Below, piece after piece: positions 1-10,475 of a DNA stretch of 54,893 nt (position 1 is its first letter; each line of letters starts with the position of its first letter). Origin of the DNA: a virus (Duplodnaviria > Heunggongvirae > Uroviricota > Caudoviricetes); the IMG/VR virus record IMGVR_UViG_2880378312_000013. The stretch is one strand, 5' to 3'. Under the pieces are notes generated by a model that saw nothing but the letters and a program-made list of their open reading frames with translations, ran no database searches and had not been told where the DNA came from. The position numbers and the translations under genes are program-made.

Positions 1-900
1 ATGAAAATCGATCTTAATCTTTTACCCATTTTTATCGCGGTAGCAGAAGAGAGTAATTTTAGTAAAGCCGCCGCACGGCTGGGCGTTACCCGTTCAGCGG
101 TCAGTCAGGGAATAAGACGCCTTGAAGATGCATTCGGGACAATGCTTGTAATGCGGACCACGCGCTCAGTTAATTTGACAGAAGCGGGAGAACGGCTGCA
201 TAAATCGCTGTCATTACCTTTATCCGGTATTGAGGCAGCGTTCGAAGAGATGGTTTCTGACCATGTGCCACGCGGACTTCTCAGAATCGCGGTGACGTCA
301 ATAGCTGAAGAATTTCTTTCAGGTCCGCTAATCGCTTCGTTTGCAGCAGCCAATCCAGCCGTTACGCTTGATATTGTTGTCACGGATGAGGAATTCGATA
401 TCGTGGCCGCAGGTTACGATGCTGGCGTAAGGCTCGGAGAGGTCATTGAAAAAGACATGATTGCTGTGCCCCTTACCGGCAGGCAGCGTGAAATGGTCGT
501 TGCCTCTCCCTCCTATCTCGCAGCCAACAGCACACCTGTTCATCCGCGTGAACTTGTGAATCATAAGTGTATCGGCTGGCGTCAGTCCCCGGAGGTTGCG
601 CCTTATCGCTGGCCATTTGAAGAAAACGGGAGAGCTTTCGACCTTGCGATTGAACCGCAGATTACGACTAATGATCTGCGTCTGATGTTGAGGCTGGCTC
701 TTGCCGGCGGAGGAATAACAATTGCCACTCAGGAAACTTTCAGGCCGTATATTGAAAGCGGTAAGCTTGTATCTCTGCTTGATGACTTTCTTCCACAATT
801 TCCGGGCTTCTATCTGTATTTCCCACAGCGTCGCAATATTGCACCAAAGCTCCGCGCTCTGATTGACCACGTTAAGGAATGGCGGCAGCAATTGGCTTAA
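1..900 (+). CDS. LysR-family transcriptional regulator
   Basis: 299-aa ORF with N-terminal HTH typical of LysR regulators (LLPIFIAVAEESNFSKAAARLGVTRSAVSQ) and a C-terminal substrate-binding-like domain. Confidence 0.85.
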   Translation: MKIDLNLLPIFIAVAEESNFSKAAARLGVTRSAVSQGIRRLEDAFGTMLVMRTTRSVNLTEAGERLHKSLSLPLSGIEAAFEEMVSDHVPRGLLRIAVTSIAEEFLSGPLIASFAAANPAVTLDIVVTDEEFDIVAAGYDAGVRLGEVIEKDMIAVPLTGRQREMVVASPSYLAANSTPVHPRELVNHKCIGWRQSPEVAPYRWPFEENGRAFDLAIEPQITTNDLRLMLRLALAGGGITIATQETFRPYIESGKLVSLLDDFLPQFPGFYLYFPQRRNIAPKLRALIDHVKEWRQQLA

Positions 901-1026
901 ATGTCTGCACCTGCATTGCCTGATGTCAGAACAGTATTTTGATTAATTGCCAGGGTTACAATGGCACAAATGCGGCACAGGAGGAAACGTGGTGTATTTA
1001 AATATGGGGTAACTACTTGATTTAAA

Positions 1027-1042
1027 TGGTGCGATAATAGGA
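1027..1042. repeat. degenerate copy of the thrW 3' att core; candidate distal boundary of the P4-like island
   Basis: tggtgcgataatagga matches the tRNA-Thr 3' end tggtgccgataatagga with one deleted base; lies just beyond the primase end of the island. Confidence 0.4.
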
Positions 1043-1575
1043 ACCAATAATCGCCACCAACACAATGATTTTAATACATAAATTAAAATAGAAGATTTAA
1101 ACTACACACACCCCTATACACATTGGTGAAGGCGTTCGCTTTCCGCGCATTCTCAAGGCAGAAAAAACTTTTTTTGGGGGAAAACTGTTCATACTACTCA
1201 TTGTGTTTTTTTTCATTAATATTCAAAAAGATATGAAATTAACGATTGATAAGAAGTGAACACTTTACTGTTCACCTTGACTGATTAATAAGTGCATAAA
1301 AACCTAATTTTTGAGCACGGAAGGTATTTGTTCCTTACCCCATTTTTTCTCTTTAGTCCAGTACAACAAAAAATGCGCCCAACAGAAAACTGTTTTGAAT
1401 TTAAATGCAATCGCTTTGTAGTGATTGTAACGTAAGTTGATTTGATGGGTGCGATTTTGTTTAGCGATAATGGTATGTTGTAAAAATCATTTCGTTGCAA
1501 TAAAATTGCATCGCTACATTTTATAGACAATATCAATTAAATTTTAATACTCATTATTAATTTTGAGGCTAACAA

Positions 1576-2532
1576 GTGACTAGTTATTCAAACTTTTCCA
1601 ATCAAATAAAAGAAACCATCAATAATAAATTCGATCATGAAATTCATGATTGGGACATTATAAAAAACTCAATCACAACTTTAATAAATAAAAATATCCA
1701 TGGTGCAGGTAGAAATATCGTTGATTTTATAGATTTAGGTAACTGGGATTTTATTTCAAACTTTTCCTTTGATGACTCTACAAGAAGACTTGAATTAGAG
1801 TGGCACCCCAATGATAAATTCCATATATATATTGAGTCCGTTGTGTTTGTCGAGTTTAATGACACTATATATGCTTTCTTAAAGGGATACTATCACAATC
1901 AGTTATCTCTAAATAGAATATATAATACAAAATGCTCTTCATGTTCATTTGAAAACTCAGGTTCTTATATGGTAGACGTTTATAGAACGGTTAAAAGAGT
2001 AAATGAGACAATCCAGACCCCAAATATAAATTGCTATACTACATGTATTTTAACAAGGCCCGCAAATGGTCATGTTACATCTACAGGCTTCTCACGAAAC
2101 CTCATGGATGCGATAAATATTTCATTAGCAGAGCACAAAATAGCCTCTTTACATAATGAAGTCATGAGTATTGAGGAATATGATCGTGATTCTTTACAAG
2201 AGAAAGGAAATACTGCCAGGAGATATTTAGAATATATTCTCATGCTTGTTAATATTCGTATAATGCATTTAAACAACGTTCAATACCAAGAGCAAATGCT
2301 AGGTAGTTTAGTTTCTGTTATTGAGGCTCTGGACTATGAACCATTAATGAAAAATGATGTTGAAATTACAAAGGACATCCTTAATGCTTGCAGCCACCAC
2401 GGGGGGGTTAGAATTGAAAAGAAAGATGTAATTTTTTCTTTGGAAGTTATTGAAAACTTAATTAAAGCCATAAAGAAAACCGACATAAATAAATTACAAC
2501 TCGATGGGATGTTTAAATCAATTCAAAAATAA
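1576..2532 (+). CDS. hypothetical protein, AT-rich orphan ORF (candidate island cargo)
   Basis: 318-aa ORF (GTG start) with strongly AT-biased codon usage unlike flanking genes; sits between the alpha-like primase and the candidate att repeat; no motif recognised. Confidence 0.5.
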   Translation: MTSYSNFSNQIKETINNKFDHEIHDWDIIKNSITTLINKNIHGAGRNIVDFIDLGNWDFISNFSFDDSTRRLELEWHPNDKFHIYIESVVFVEFNDTIYAFLKGYYHNQLSLNRIYNTKCSSCSFENSGSYMVDVYRTVKRVNETIQTPNINCYTTCILTRPANGHVTSTGFSRNLMDAINISLAEHKIASLHNEVMSIEEYDRDSLQEKGNTARRYLEYILMLVNIRIMHLNNVQYQEQMLGSLVSVIEALDYEPLMKNDVEITKDILNACSHHGGVRIEKKDVIFSLEVIENLIKAIKKTDINKLQLDGMFKSIQK

Positions 2533-2664
2533 ACATCATCTAACAATGAATTAGATGCATTTTCCGCTGACGCCTTAGCATATAACTTTTAAATTTTATC
2601 GATATATATTTTGAGATAATTTCCTGTAGCGGATTTAAGACCGGCACAGCCGGTCTTAGGTCAG

Positions 2665-5055
2665 TTATTTCGCTGCAAACTCATCGCATTTTGGCAACCA
2701 GTCAGCATTGCTTTCCTCTCTTAGGGCCAGATTAGTCTGCATTCCTTGATTGGTCCGTCGTTTCTCATACTGCAGCCCATATTCCTTGAGCATTAACGGT
2801 AGCCCCTTGCCAAACATGGTCAGACTGAGCGTATTTTTATAGCCGTTAGCCTCCATGTAGACCAGATAGGCATGGTAGAGGTAAGTTCGAGGCTGACGTG
2901 GAACAATATTAGCGTTCCCCATAAACATGCCCGTGGTGTCAGGTAGGACCTCAAGGTAGCCGCAAAAATCAAAAGCTGAATCAGCATCACGTTTGATGGT
3001 GAGCGCTTCATCGGAGTTCTGCTGTGACTGAAGCAATGTCCTGGCACTCATTGGGTCGCTGAAACGCTGCATAAGCTGGCGAACAATCACCGCTAGCTCA
3101 CTGGCAATTTTCTCTTTGAGCTGGGTATCGCGTTCCTCCGGGGCTATCTGGTCGGGGAAATGCAGGATCACCCTTCGGCGTGAAACTCCACCACTACGAT
3201 CAGTGAAGCGCATCGGATTATTGTTCACAGCCAGGATGACCGCCGGGATGTGGGTTGAATAGGCGTTCTGATATTTGGGATCAACGGATACCGCATCGCC
3301 GCCAGTGATGGCTTTTAGTCCGGCCCCGTCACCGCTCCACTTTTCCTGGTCGGGAAGTCGAATCAGTGAAAAACCTATTAACGCAGCTCGTTCTCTTGGC
3401 GACTCAAGCATTTCAATGGTTGCCGAGGTCGCGTTATCTTCACCCGCCAGCATGGTTGCTATTTCAGCAAGAATACTCTTTCCACTTCCGCCAGGGCCAG
3501 TGACCTCCAGAAACAGCTGCCAGTCATAACGGTTAGCCAGCACCATAAACAATGCAGCCAGAATAATGTCCCGTTTTTCAGGATTAAAACCTGCGGCACG
3601 ATCCAGCCAGCGCCAGAATGCCGGGGCATGGGTTTCCAGTGACTCACCGTCAACGGGCTGCGTGTAATCCACCTCGCACAGCGTACGTAACCAGTGCTTC
3701 TTATCGTGCGGGCTGAACAATCCTGTCCGGGTATCGAGCACACCGTTGCGAAATCCGATAAGTTGCCGCGCCGGATTCTGCTGTTGCGGAACGATCAGTT
3801 TGAGGGTTTCCACGAGAGACGCAATTTTCGCGGATGAAAAAGGTGCGTCGAGGCGCTGAAACAGCGCAGCGACATCACGGGCAAAATCGGCGTAATAGAT
3901 AACTTTCCAGGCCCCCGCCTCATAGCGTGAAAGGAGCTGCCCGTTCGGGTCTACTGCCAGTGAATTTTTATAGTGATCCACTACCCTCTGCGCTTTTTCG
4001 CTGACGCTCAGCGCGGTAAATTCAGCTTCGCTCATTGTGTCGAAGGGGCTGGCAACAGCTGGTTTTATTACTTCATGAATTGCATGCCGGGTGGCTTCTT
4101 CGCCGTTTTGCGTGAATGCATCGTTCCAGTCACCAAACACAGGCGGGAGCGCCATTGTGCAATTGCAGGCCCCGGTAACAGCTGCGCCCCTTGTTTGCCC
4201 CGCACCGTTGAGATCGCGGTCAGCAGCAATAATTATCTGGTGCGTTGGGTACTCACTGCAGGCAATGCTCGCCAGGGAAAGGAAATTGACGGACGAAAAG
4301 GCCACCATGACAGCATCGCCAGTCAGATAGTTGATAGTAAGTGCGGTGGCATATCCTTCCGCTATCCAGAGCCGTTTGGCTGCTTTGGCAGTACCTTCAA
4401 CCAGGTAAAAGGCATTCTTAACCTGACCGCCTTTAAGGAAGCATTTGCCCCCATTAGCGTTGATTAACTGCAGATTTACCAGCTCTCCATCTGCATACAA
4501 TGGAACGACAAGATCTCCCGCGCGAAATGCCACACCACCGACTTTATGCATAGCGGTTAATTCCCGGCAAGGCAGTGCAGGAAACCCTTTACTCGTCAGA
4601 TAGGCATTGCCAGTGGTCTGGCGGGACTTATCAAACAAACGGGCAGCCAGCACTGCTGCAGCTTTTCTCCCGTCCTCTTTTTCAGGAGAACCAGATTCAA
4701 GCATTCCCTGAGATACTGGCAGCAGGTTTCCGATAATGCCGTTTATTCTGTCTGCCGCTTCACTAATGCCTACATCCAGTACTTTACTTACAAGCGCCAG
4801 GCCATCACCTGCCCCGCACTGGTTACAGAACCACGTTCCCCGCCCTTCCTGGTCATCAAATCGAAAGCGGTCTTTCCCGGCACAGACCGGGCAGGGCTGG
4901 TGCCGATTTTTCAGTACATTTACGCCCAGCGCAGGTAAAATTCTTGACCAGTGACCCCGAGCTGCTTTCTCAGCCTGGCTAACTTTCATTCCTGACATTG
5001 TGCGGCCCTCCTTAGTGCAGCGCTGGTTTGTTGAGGTGACGGGAACAAAGTTCAT
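2665..5055 (-). CDS. P4 alpha-like primase/helicase (zinc-binding primase + D5-type NTPase)
   Basis: CxxC...CxxC zinc motif ([10 protein letters not shown]...CNQCGAGDG) and P-loop GPGGSGKS; true start may be the internal Met (MSGMKVSQ) about 57 nt downstream of the ORF start. Confidence 0.8.
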   Translation of the reverse strand: MNFVPVTSTNQRCTKEGRTMSGMKVSQAEKAARGHWSRILPALGVNVLKNRHQPCPVCAGKDRFRFDDQEGRGTWFCNQCGAGDGLALVSKVLDVGISEAADRINGIIGNLLPVSQGMLESGSPEKEDGRKAAAVLAARLFDKSRQTTGNAYLTSKGFPALPCRELTAMHKVGGVAFRAGDLVVPLYADGELVNLQLINANGGKCFLKGGQVKNAFYLVEGTAKAAKRLWIAEGYATALTINYLTGDAVMVAFSSVNFLSLASIACSEYPTHQIIIAADRDLNGAGQTRGAAVTGACNCTMALPPVFGDWNDAFTQNGEEATRHAIHEVIKPAVASPFDTMSEAEFTALSVSEKAQRVVDHYKNSLAVDPNGQLLSRYEAGAWKVIYYADFARDVAALFQRLDAPFSSAKIASLVETLKLIVPQQQNPARQLIGFRNGVLDTRTGLFSPHDKKHWLRTLCEVDYTQPVDGESLETHAPAFWRWLDRAAGFNPEKRDIILAALFMVLANRYDWQLFLEVTGPGGSGKSILAEIATMLAGEDNATSATIEMLESPRERAALIGFSLIRLPDQEKWSGDGAGLKAITGGDAVSVDPKYQNAYSTHIPAVILAVNNNPMRFTDRSGGVSRRRVILHFPDQIAPEERDTQLKEKIASELAVIVRQLMQRFSDPMSARTLLQSQQNSDEALTIKRDADSAFDFCGYLEVLPDTTGMFMGNANIVPRQPRTYLYHAYLVYMEANGYKNTLSLTMFGKGLPLMLKEYGLQYEKRRTNQGMQTNLALREESNADWLPKCDEFAAK

Positions 5056-5335
5056 CCATGACCGTCATTCCGAGCAGTGAGAGAACCGGACAGGCTTTAA
5101 GCGGCCCCGACTCCATCAGATCCGAAAGCAACGCGCAGGCAATTTCCAGCCCTCTTTGCTGCCCATGCTGGCGCAGATAGAACCCTTCCAGCTCGCGGGC
5201 TATGGCATCTTCAAGTTCAGCGAGCGTCAGGCCGGAATAACGTTCCTGATGATTGCTTAGAGCCAGCCAGGCACAGGCAACGGCACGGCGATACAGAGCG
5301 GCACGAAGTGCCAGAAGAGATTCACAGCATATCAT
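5012..5335 (-). CDS. hypothetical protein (satellite early region)
   Basis: 107-aa ORF co-oriented and nearly contiguous with the primase gene. Confidence 0.4.
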   Translation of the reverse strand: MICCESLLALRAALYRRAVACAWLALSNHQERYSGLTLAELEDAIARELEGFYLRQHGQQRGLEIACALLSDLMESGPLKACPVLSLLGMTVMDELCSRHLNKPALH

Positions 5336-5556
5336 CAGGCCACCTCCGCATTCATCAGGTCGTCATGGCAGCGTTGCACCACTCCATCCAGTTGCTCTGT
5401 CATCAGATAAATGAGGGAAACCAGTTGTTCGCATTGGGCACCTGCTGGCTTTTCATAACAGTCCTGCAGGGCTGCCATGCCAGTTACATACTCACCCACA
5501 TTGCGTAAATGTTTCAGCCTTACAACATCGTCGTAGGAAATCTCAAACTGGTTCAT
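5335..5556 (-). CDS. hypothetical protein (satellite early region)
   Basis: 73-aa ORF in operon-like arrangement. Confidence 0.4.
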   Translation of the reverse strand: MNQFEISYDDVVRLKHLRNVGEYVTGMAALQDCYEKPAGAQCEQLVSLIYLMTEQLDGVVQRCHDDLMNAEVA

Positions 5557-6110
5557 AGCGTCACCTCCCCGGCAGGCAGCCGTGCAGAAAGGGAGAGTAC
5601 ATAATCTCGGACTAGCAAACGGCGCGCGGAACGCTCATCGCAGGAGACAGTGCGAAGCATACAGATGCGGGGGTGAGTGTCAGCACGGCGGATTGCGGCA
5701 AACACAAAGACATATTGCGGGTGTGACGGGGTGAGGATTGTAGCCATGATGGCAGCCTCCAATAAGTAGCGGTTATTGCTACCACCGGAAACGCCAATTT
5801 CACTGGTGGCAGCCCGAACGGGGTTGGCGTAACCGGCCTTATTGGAAACCGGCCAGCCCGAAGGCTGCCCCGCCCGGACTACCATTATCTCGATAGAACC
5901 ATGGTGTAAGCATAAACACCACAGCCCTGAAAATGGTTGTGCCTGAGCTACGACGTAAAAAAAGACGCAAGGGGCGTCAATTGTCGCCAATAAGTTATAC
6001 GGAACGCCAATTCCGGCTGCCGATTTTGCGACAGCGGAAAAACTATACCTGGAAATGACGACAGTAAGCAAGCCAGAATAAAGGTATTTAATGTATGCAG
6101 GTATCATCAT
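5553..6110 (-). CDS. hypothetical protein; real gene probably only the 3' third
   Basis: 185-aa ORF whose N-terminal part is low-complexity; a likely internal start at [11 protein letters not shown] would give about 64 aa. Confidence 0.3.
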   Translation of the reverse strand: MMIPAYIKYLYSGLLTVVISRYSFSAVAKSAAGIGVPYNLLATIDAPCVFFYVVAQAQPFSGLWCLCLHHGSIEIMVVRAGQPSGWPVSNKAGYANPVRAATSEIGVSGGSNNRYLLEAAIMATILTPSHPQYVFVFAAIRRADTHPRICMLRTVSCDERSARRLLVRDYVLSLSARLPAGEVTL

Positions 6111-6367
6111 GCATCACATCCCCGCCCACGGGCGCTGATGCGGTCCGCCATCCATGCGCTGACCTCAGACTGTGCCCAGGCGACATTTTTACCGCCAAGC
6201 GGGATCTGCTTCGGAAACGCATCGCGGCTGATCAGGTCGTAAACGGTCGAACGGGACAACCCGCATAAGTGCATCACCTCAGGCAGGCGTAAAAATCGCT
6301 CATGATGGTTCGATACAGGAAATAATGGCGCAGCAGGAGCTGGCGCAGACACAGAAATATTACGCAT
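6107..6367 (-). CDS. AlpA-family phage transcriptional regulator
   Basis: Small HTH protein with [20 protein letters not shown] motif characteristic of AlpA/prophage regulatory proteins. Confidence 0.7.
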   Translation of the reverse strand: MRNISVSAPAPAAPLFPVSNHHERFLRLPEVMHLCGLSRSTVYDLISRDAFPKQIPLGGKNVAWAQSEVSAWMADRISARGRGCDA

Positions 6368-7212
6368 TTATCTACCCTCTTTAATTTCCACAACAGTCCG
6401 GATGAATTTATCCGGGTTCAGGTAGTTCCTTATTATGTGTATATAAACCACCTGCGCACGCATTTTTTATTTAGCGTCACATATTGATTTTATGGAATTT
6501 AAAGCCCGATTAAACCATATAAAATGACATAATAAATACCATGCCTGCGGACTATAAATACAGGAGCATTAATAGGAACTACCATTCACCCAGGGTTTAC
6601 TATCCTATGGGTCATTGCACCTGATAGTGCTAACCCCACCGCCAATACAGCAAGGCAGTACAACTTCTACACGAGGCCTTGCATTGCAGGCCCCAATTTC
6701 CGGGCATATTTTTGAATCGCATCCAACTTATAAACATTGGGCCTGCATAAAAACCTTGATATTAAATAACATCACCTTAAATCGTAAAATATATCCGAAT
6801 GAATCCATAAAGAACCGGACAGATCTAGTTTTATAAAAATCAGTATGAAATGCAACACCATGGCCAGAGGCGAAAATGTTATTCCCCGGCAAAAACATGC
6901 AGTCTATTTATGTGCCTGTTGAATACTCCTGAATAAGGGTGAATAGTGGTGAGGAGCAAAAAACAAATAGCTACGAGGAATAAAAAAACCACCCATTATG
7001 AAAAAATACCATAAATAATTTTATTCCCATGTGAACAGTTATGAACAGTCGATGAATACTGCCATGCCAACCCTTCACCTTATAACCTTCTGTATTACCT
7101 ATTTTTTTTACCTAAGTGAATAGTAGTGAATAGTTAAGGTAAGTCTGAAACAGCCTTAGTTAAACGAGGCCTTTTCTGGCTAGCCAAAAGAGGTCCGGGG
7201 CGGTTCAGTCTT

Positions 7213-7230
7213 TGTCTTGTCGCTCGCACA
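7213..7230 (+). promoter_or_regulatory. TGT-N12-ACA dyad, candidate Ogr/delta-dependent late promoter element
   Basis: tgtcttgtcgctcgcaca about 70-90 nt upstream of the sid-like start; matches the P2/P4 late-promoter activator-site pattern. Confidence 0.45.
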
Positions 7231-7300
7231 ATGGCGTTCAATGGCAGCTTTGTATGCATCACAGCACAATTGACACCACGACAAACCACTAGGTGCTGAC

Positions 7301-8053
7301 ATGACAATCCCAGAACAGAACAATAACCCGATCGTTGAAATTTCTATCCCTGTTTCGACGCAACAGGCGCTTGAGAAAGTGAATGCCACCAAATCTGCAT
7401 GGCTTGAAGCACGTCGTCAGCAAAAAGCGGCAGCGGATAATATTGCGACAATCCGCCAGCGCCGCGCTGAAATGGAAGCCACGACGAACGCCCTGAATGA
7501 GGAGTGGCGCACGCTATTTCGTGAAAGTCAGGGCGTAGTCTCAAAGGAAATGAAAAAACTGCGCACGGAAATTGCGCTGGGACGAGAAACGCTTGAGGAT
7601 TTTGATGAGCTGCTGGCGGCTCAGGAAAGCGAAAATGCACTTTTGCCGCAGGAGGCTGCGGAATTAGCCGGAAAGTATATCCACGCGCACGACACCCTTG
7701 TGGGTATTCGCGCAAAACAAATCTGGGAAGATTTTATGCAGTCGCATGGAAAAGCACTAATCCAGACACTAAGCCTGCTCAAATCAACAATGGGCAGGGA
7801 AGCCAGCGCAGTTGTCGGTGTGGTGCATTCAGTTAATGACCCGGACACACTGCTGAAAGATTTTATTCATAAACATATCACCAGACCGGCTCTGACTAAC
7901 GATGCGATGCCCGAACAGGACCCCGTGTTTAAACTGGCGGGAGTTGCCCCGGATTATGCGGCCCGTCTGGATTTCAGTAATAAACTCTCTCCAGCAGCTA
8001 TGCATAAAATGAAGGTTCGTCAGGAACGTGCTGAGAAGGAGAAAGCAGTATGA
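7301..8053 (+). CDS. Sid-like capsid size determination protein (putative)
   Basis: 250-aa helical/coiled-coil protein first in a sid-psu-delta-like operon; similarity to P4 Sid is from recollection only. Confidence 0.45.
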   Translation: MTIPEQNNNPIVEISIPVSTQQALEKVNATKSAWLEARRQQKAAADNIATIRQRRAEMEATTNALNEEWRTLFRESQGVVSKEMKKLRTEIALGRETLEDFDELLAAQESENALLPQEAAELAGKYIHAHDTLVGIRAKQIWEDFMQSHGKALIQTLSLLKSTMGREASAVVGVVHSVNDPDTLLKDFIHKHITRPALTNDAMPEQDPVFKLAGVAPDYAARLDFSNKLSPAAMHKMKVRQERAEKEKAV

Positions 8054-8601
8054 TGGCCCGAGTCACTCCAGACCAAGCGCTTATCAGTTTTAGAAATGCC
8101 CGTATTCTGTGGGCTGGACATAGTGAGAGCCGAAAAGCCGTTGAACAACAGATAGAATCACTCCTCACTGCCATGGAAAAACCAGCAGATTATGCTCGAC
8201 AGCTCGAATTACAGCGGGAACATCTGGATGTGCTGAAATGGCAAATTAACTGTGCTGCGCGCGAATGCATTTACTCGCAGCATCAACTGATGGAGGCCTG
8301 CACAGAAGACGCTCTCAGCAATTTTATGCAGGCGAATGGAGCAGCCCTGACATCTGCACTGGCTCCGTTCCTGAAGGGGCGCGGAGGGGTTGACGTTGCG
8401 TCCCGTATATTACGCAATGCTCTGGTTCGCCAGCTGGCAATAACACCGCCTGAAATTGCCGGGGATTATCGTATGATTCTGGATGAATCCGGTGTGATGC
8501 CTGACCCCATGATGGTTCGTGATTGCCAGAGCTCTTACACCCCTGCACAACAACTGCGCTTTCAGCAACGTCTGGATTACATTAACGGCATGCAGGAGTA
8601 A
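8050..8601 (+). CDS. Psu-like polarity suppression protein (putative)
   Basis: 183 aa, overlaps the upstream gene by 4 nt; segment FMQANGAALTSALAPFL resembles P4 Psu as I recall it. Confidence 0.5.
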   Translation: MMARVTPDQALISFRNARILWAGHSESRKAVEQQIESLLTAMEKPADYARQLELQREHLDVLKWQINCAARECIYSQHQLMEACTEDALSNFMQANGAALTSALAPFLKGRGGVDVASRILRNALVRQLAITPPEIAGDYRMILDESGVMPDPMMVRDCQSSYTPAQQLRFQQRLDYINGMQE

Positions 8602-8606
8602 TATTA

Positions 8607-8879
8607 ATGGCACTTAAATGTCCCGAATGCGGTACGACGGCACACGCCAGAACCTCCGCCTATGAAGCACCATCGGTTAAACGCTCATGGTATCAGTGCC
8701 AGAATCTTGAATGTTCCTACACATTTACCGCACTGGAAAGTGTGGATACGATAATCATGAAGCCCCGGCGCAATGAACAGGAATCAGAGAAAGCACAAAT
8801 GCCGGAAAAACAACAGCAAACTCTCAATCGCTATGGCTCCGCGTCAAAGCTGTCAAGCCGTCAGCAAATTCCTGTCTGA
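8607..8879 (+). CDS. Ogr/Delta-family zinc-finger late-gene activator
   Basis: CPECG...HARTS...YQCQNLECSYTF pattern matches the Ogr/Delta C4 zinc finger. Confidence 0.75.
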   Translation: MALKCPECGTTAHARTSAYEAPSVKRSWYQCQNLECSYTFTALESVDTIIMKPRRNEQESEKAQMPEKQQQTLNRYGSASKLSSRQQIPV

Positions 8880-8900
8880 TTAGCAAAAAAAGCCCACGTA

Positions 8901-8927
8901 ATCCCGGTCCAGTACTGGGATTTTTTA
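8901..8927 (+). terminator. possible intrinsic terminator after the delta-like gene
   Basis: Short hairpin (atccc...gggat around palindrome ccagtactgg) followed by a T6 run; weak stem. Confidence 0.35.
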
Positions 8928-9288
8928 CGCCTTTTCCCTGGCTGGCCTGAGAGCGCATGAGTGCATGTCTATAGCGCATGAAAACGCATGATTCTCATGC
9001 ACCATTTTTGACGCGAAAGCCCTTGTGTGGTGGCTTCTGAGACGATTTGCGGAATGCATGAAAACCAGTCTGTTAAGCGAAGCGAGCAGGCGTGGGGGGC
9101 TGCGCGCGCTAAGGGGTTAGATTATAAAATATCAAACGCCGGTGAGATCCATTATTGTGGAACCACCCGAAGGAAGTGTAGAGGCGAAAGTACCCAAAAT
9201 AATTTTGCAAATTATTTAGAAATGAACTGAGCGCTCGAAACGAAATATAATTTCGAGCACCCCAATTAGCAGTTATATTTTTAATGTA

Positions 9289-9855
9289 TTAAACAGGATA
9301 AAAACCAGAGCTTCCATTCTTATTTAAGTTATGGATTTTATTTGCATCATTAATTTTTATTTGGAACGTCGGACCTTTATTCTCAAGAATTACAATCTGG
9401 AAATTATAGTCCCTTTTGATTAATGCGTGATAAAATGAATCACTGAGACTGACGCTATTAACATCCGATAGAGAACCCCCTCTATCTTTATCAAAGTGCG
9501 TCACTAATGGACTATCAAGCACAACAAATCCAATGAATGGATTCCCTTTTCTTGATAAAAATTCCGCAAAGCAAATGGTAAATATAGCATGCATTACTGC
9601 ACGGGTACCTTTACCAAACATTCCTCGGCGTTTCCCATTGATATTAAAGTCATATGTATCTTCGTCAAATCGCACTTTGTTATCTTTAGAATTTTCAAAA
9701 TTTATATCATTCAAAAAGTCTTGCATCGCTATTTCTATATCATACAAATCAGCTACTGTTAAGGAGTCAAAGTCCTCGGCGGAGTATTTAAGTTCGTCAA
9801 CATCATCTTCTTTATCTTGTAATGAAGATAGAATGCTATGTTTTGTGTGATCCAT
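9289..9855 (-). CDS. C-terminal head segment of an SMC-like ABC ATPase (Walker B-like region)
   Basis: 188 aa; hydrophobic strand followed by Asp (FIGFVVLDSPL) resembling Walker B but without the canonical Glu; start overlaps the upstream stop as TAATG. Confidence 0.55.
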   Translation of the reverse strand: MDHTKHSILSSLQDKEDDVDELKYSAEDFDSLTVADLYDIEIAMQDFLNDINFENSKDNKVRFDEDTYDFNINGKRRGMFGKGTRAVMHAIFTICFAEFLSRKGNPFIGFVVLDSPLVTHFDKDRGGSLSDVNSVSLSDSFYHALIKRDYNFQIVILENKGPTFQIKINDANKIHNLNKNGSSGFYPV

Positions 9856-10445
9856 TAAAAGATTGTCTTTATATTCATAAAGTGATTCAAGAGATGAATG
9901 TATTGTTTTATATTTTTATCTTCTAACGTCTTAAAATCACTTTTTTCTGATTGATAAATTTCATTAACATCATTTTTTCTTAACATAATTAATTCATGTT
10001 CGCGAACATTAGATCCGATTGATTCAATTAATCCTTTCAGCTGGCTTTTGATTTTCAATTTTTCTGCATTACACGACAAAAAACAATCATCATATGATAT
10101 TTCATTTTCTTTTTTTTGCGGTGTATTACAGAACTCACAATAAATATCTGCAAAATTATTTAAATAGAAATTCGCCTGTGATACAACATCTATTCTTTGT
10201 AGATCTATAAAGTATTGGTCTTTAAGAAGACTAAATCTTTCAATGAGTAATGATAAGTATTTTTCCCTGTCACTGATTGAATATAATTCATCACTTAACT
10301 CTTTTAATAATTGCTTCTTATCATCAAGTGCATCAACAATACCTTTCAATATATCTTTCGATGATTCAATATCTTGCTCTACTTTCTCAAGTTCTCTTGA
10401 AACAATGACTTGATCATATTCAGGATAAATTAATTGCGCTTTCAA
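9855..10445 (-). CDS. coiled-coil middle segment of the SMC-like ABC ATPase
   Basis: 196 aa, highly charged heptad-like sequence, TTG start; in the same frame as the upstream ORF and separated from it by a single TAA. Confidence 0.55.
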   Translation of the reverse strand: MKAQLIYPEYDQVIVSRELEKVEQDIESSKDILKGIVDALDDKKQLLKELSDELYSISDREKYLSLLIERFSLLKDQYFIDLQRIDVVSQANFYLNNFADIYCEFCNTPQKKENEISYDDCFLSCNAEKLKIKSQLKGLIESIGSNVREHELIMLRKNDVNEIYQSEKSDFKTLEDKNIKQYIHLLNHFMNIKTIF

Positions 10446-10475
10446 TTCCTCATAAATATTTGCAATTTGATTTTT

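Noticed and set aside
1285-1536. Minus-strand 83-aa ORF in the AT-rich intergenic region
   Set aside because: It lies in a promoter-like AT-rich spacer with no ribosome-binding context or recognisable motif; probably spurious.
6615-6836. Plus-strand 73-aa ORF upstream of the sid-like operon
   Set aside because: It is in an AT-rich regulatory spacer and the translation is not protein-like.
9060-9110. P2/P4-type 19-nt cos site in the GC-rich patch between delta and the variable slot
   Set aside because: The sequence only loosely resembles the P2 cos as I recall it and I cannot verify it without alignment.
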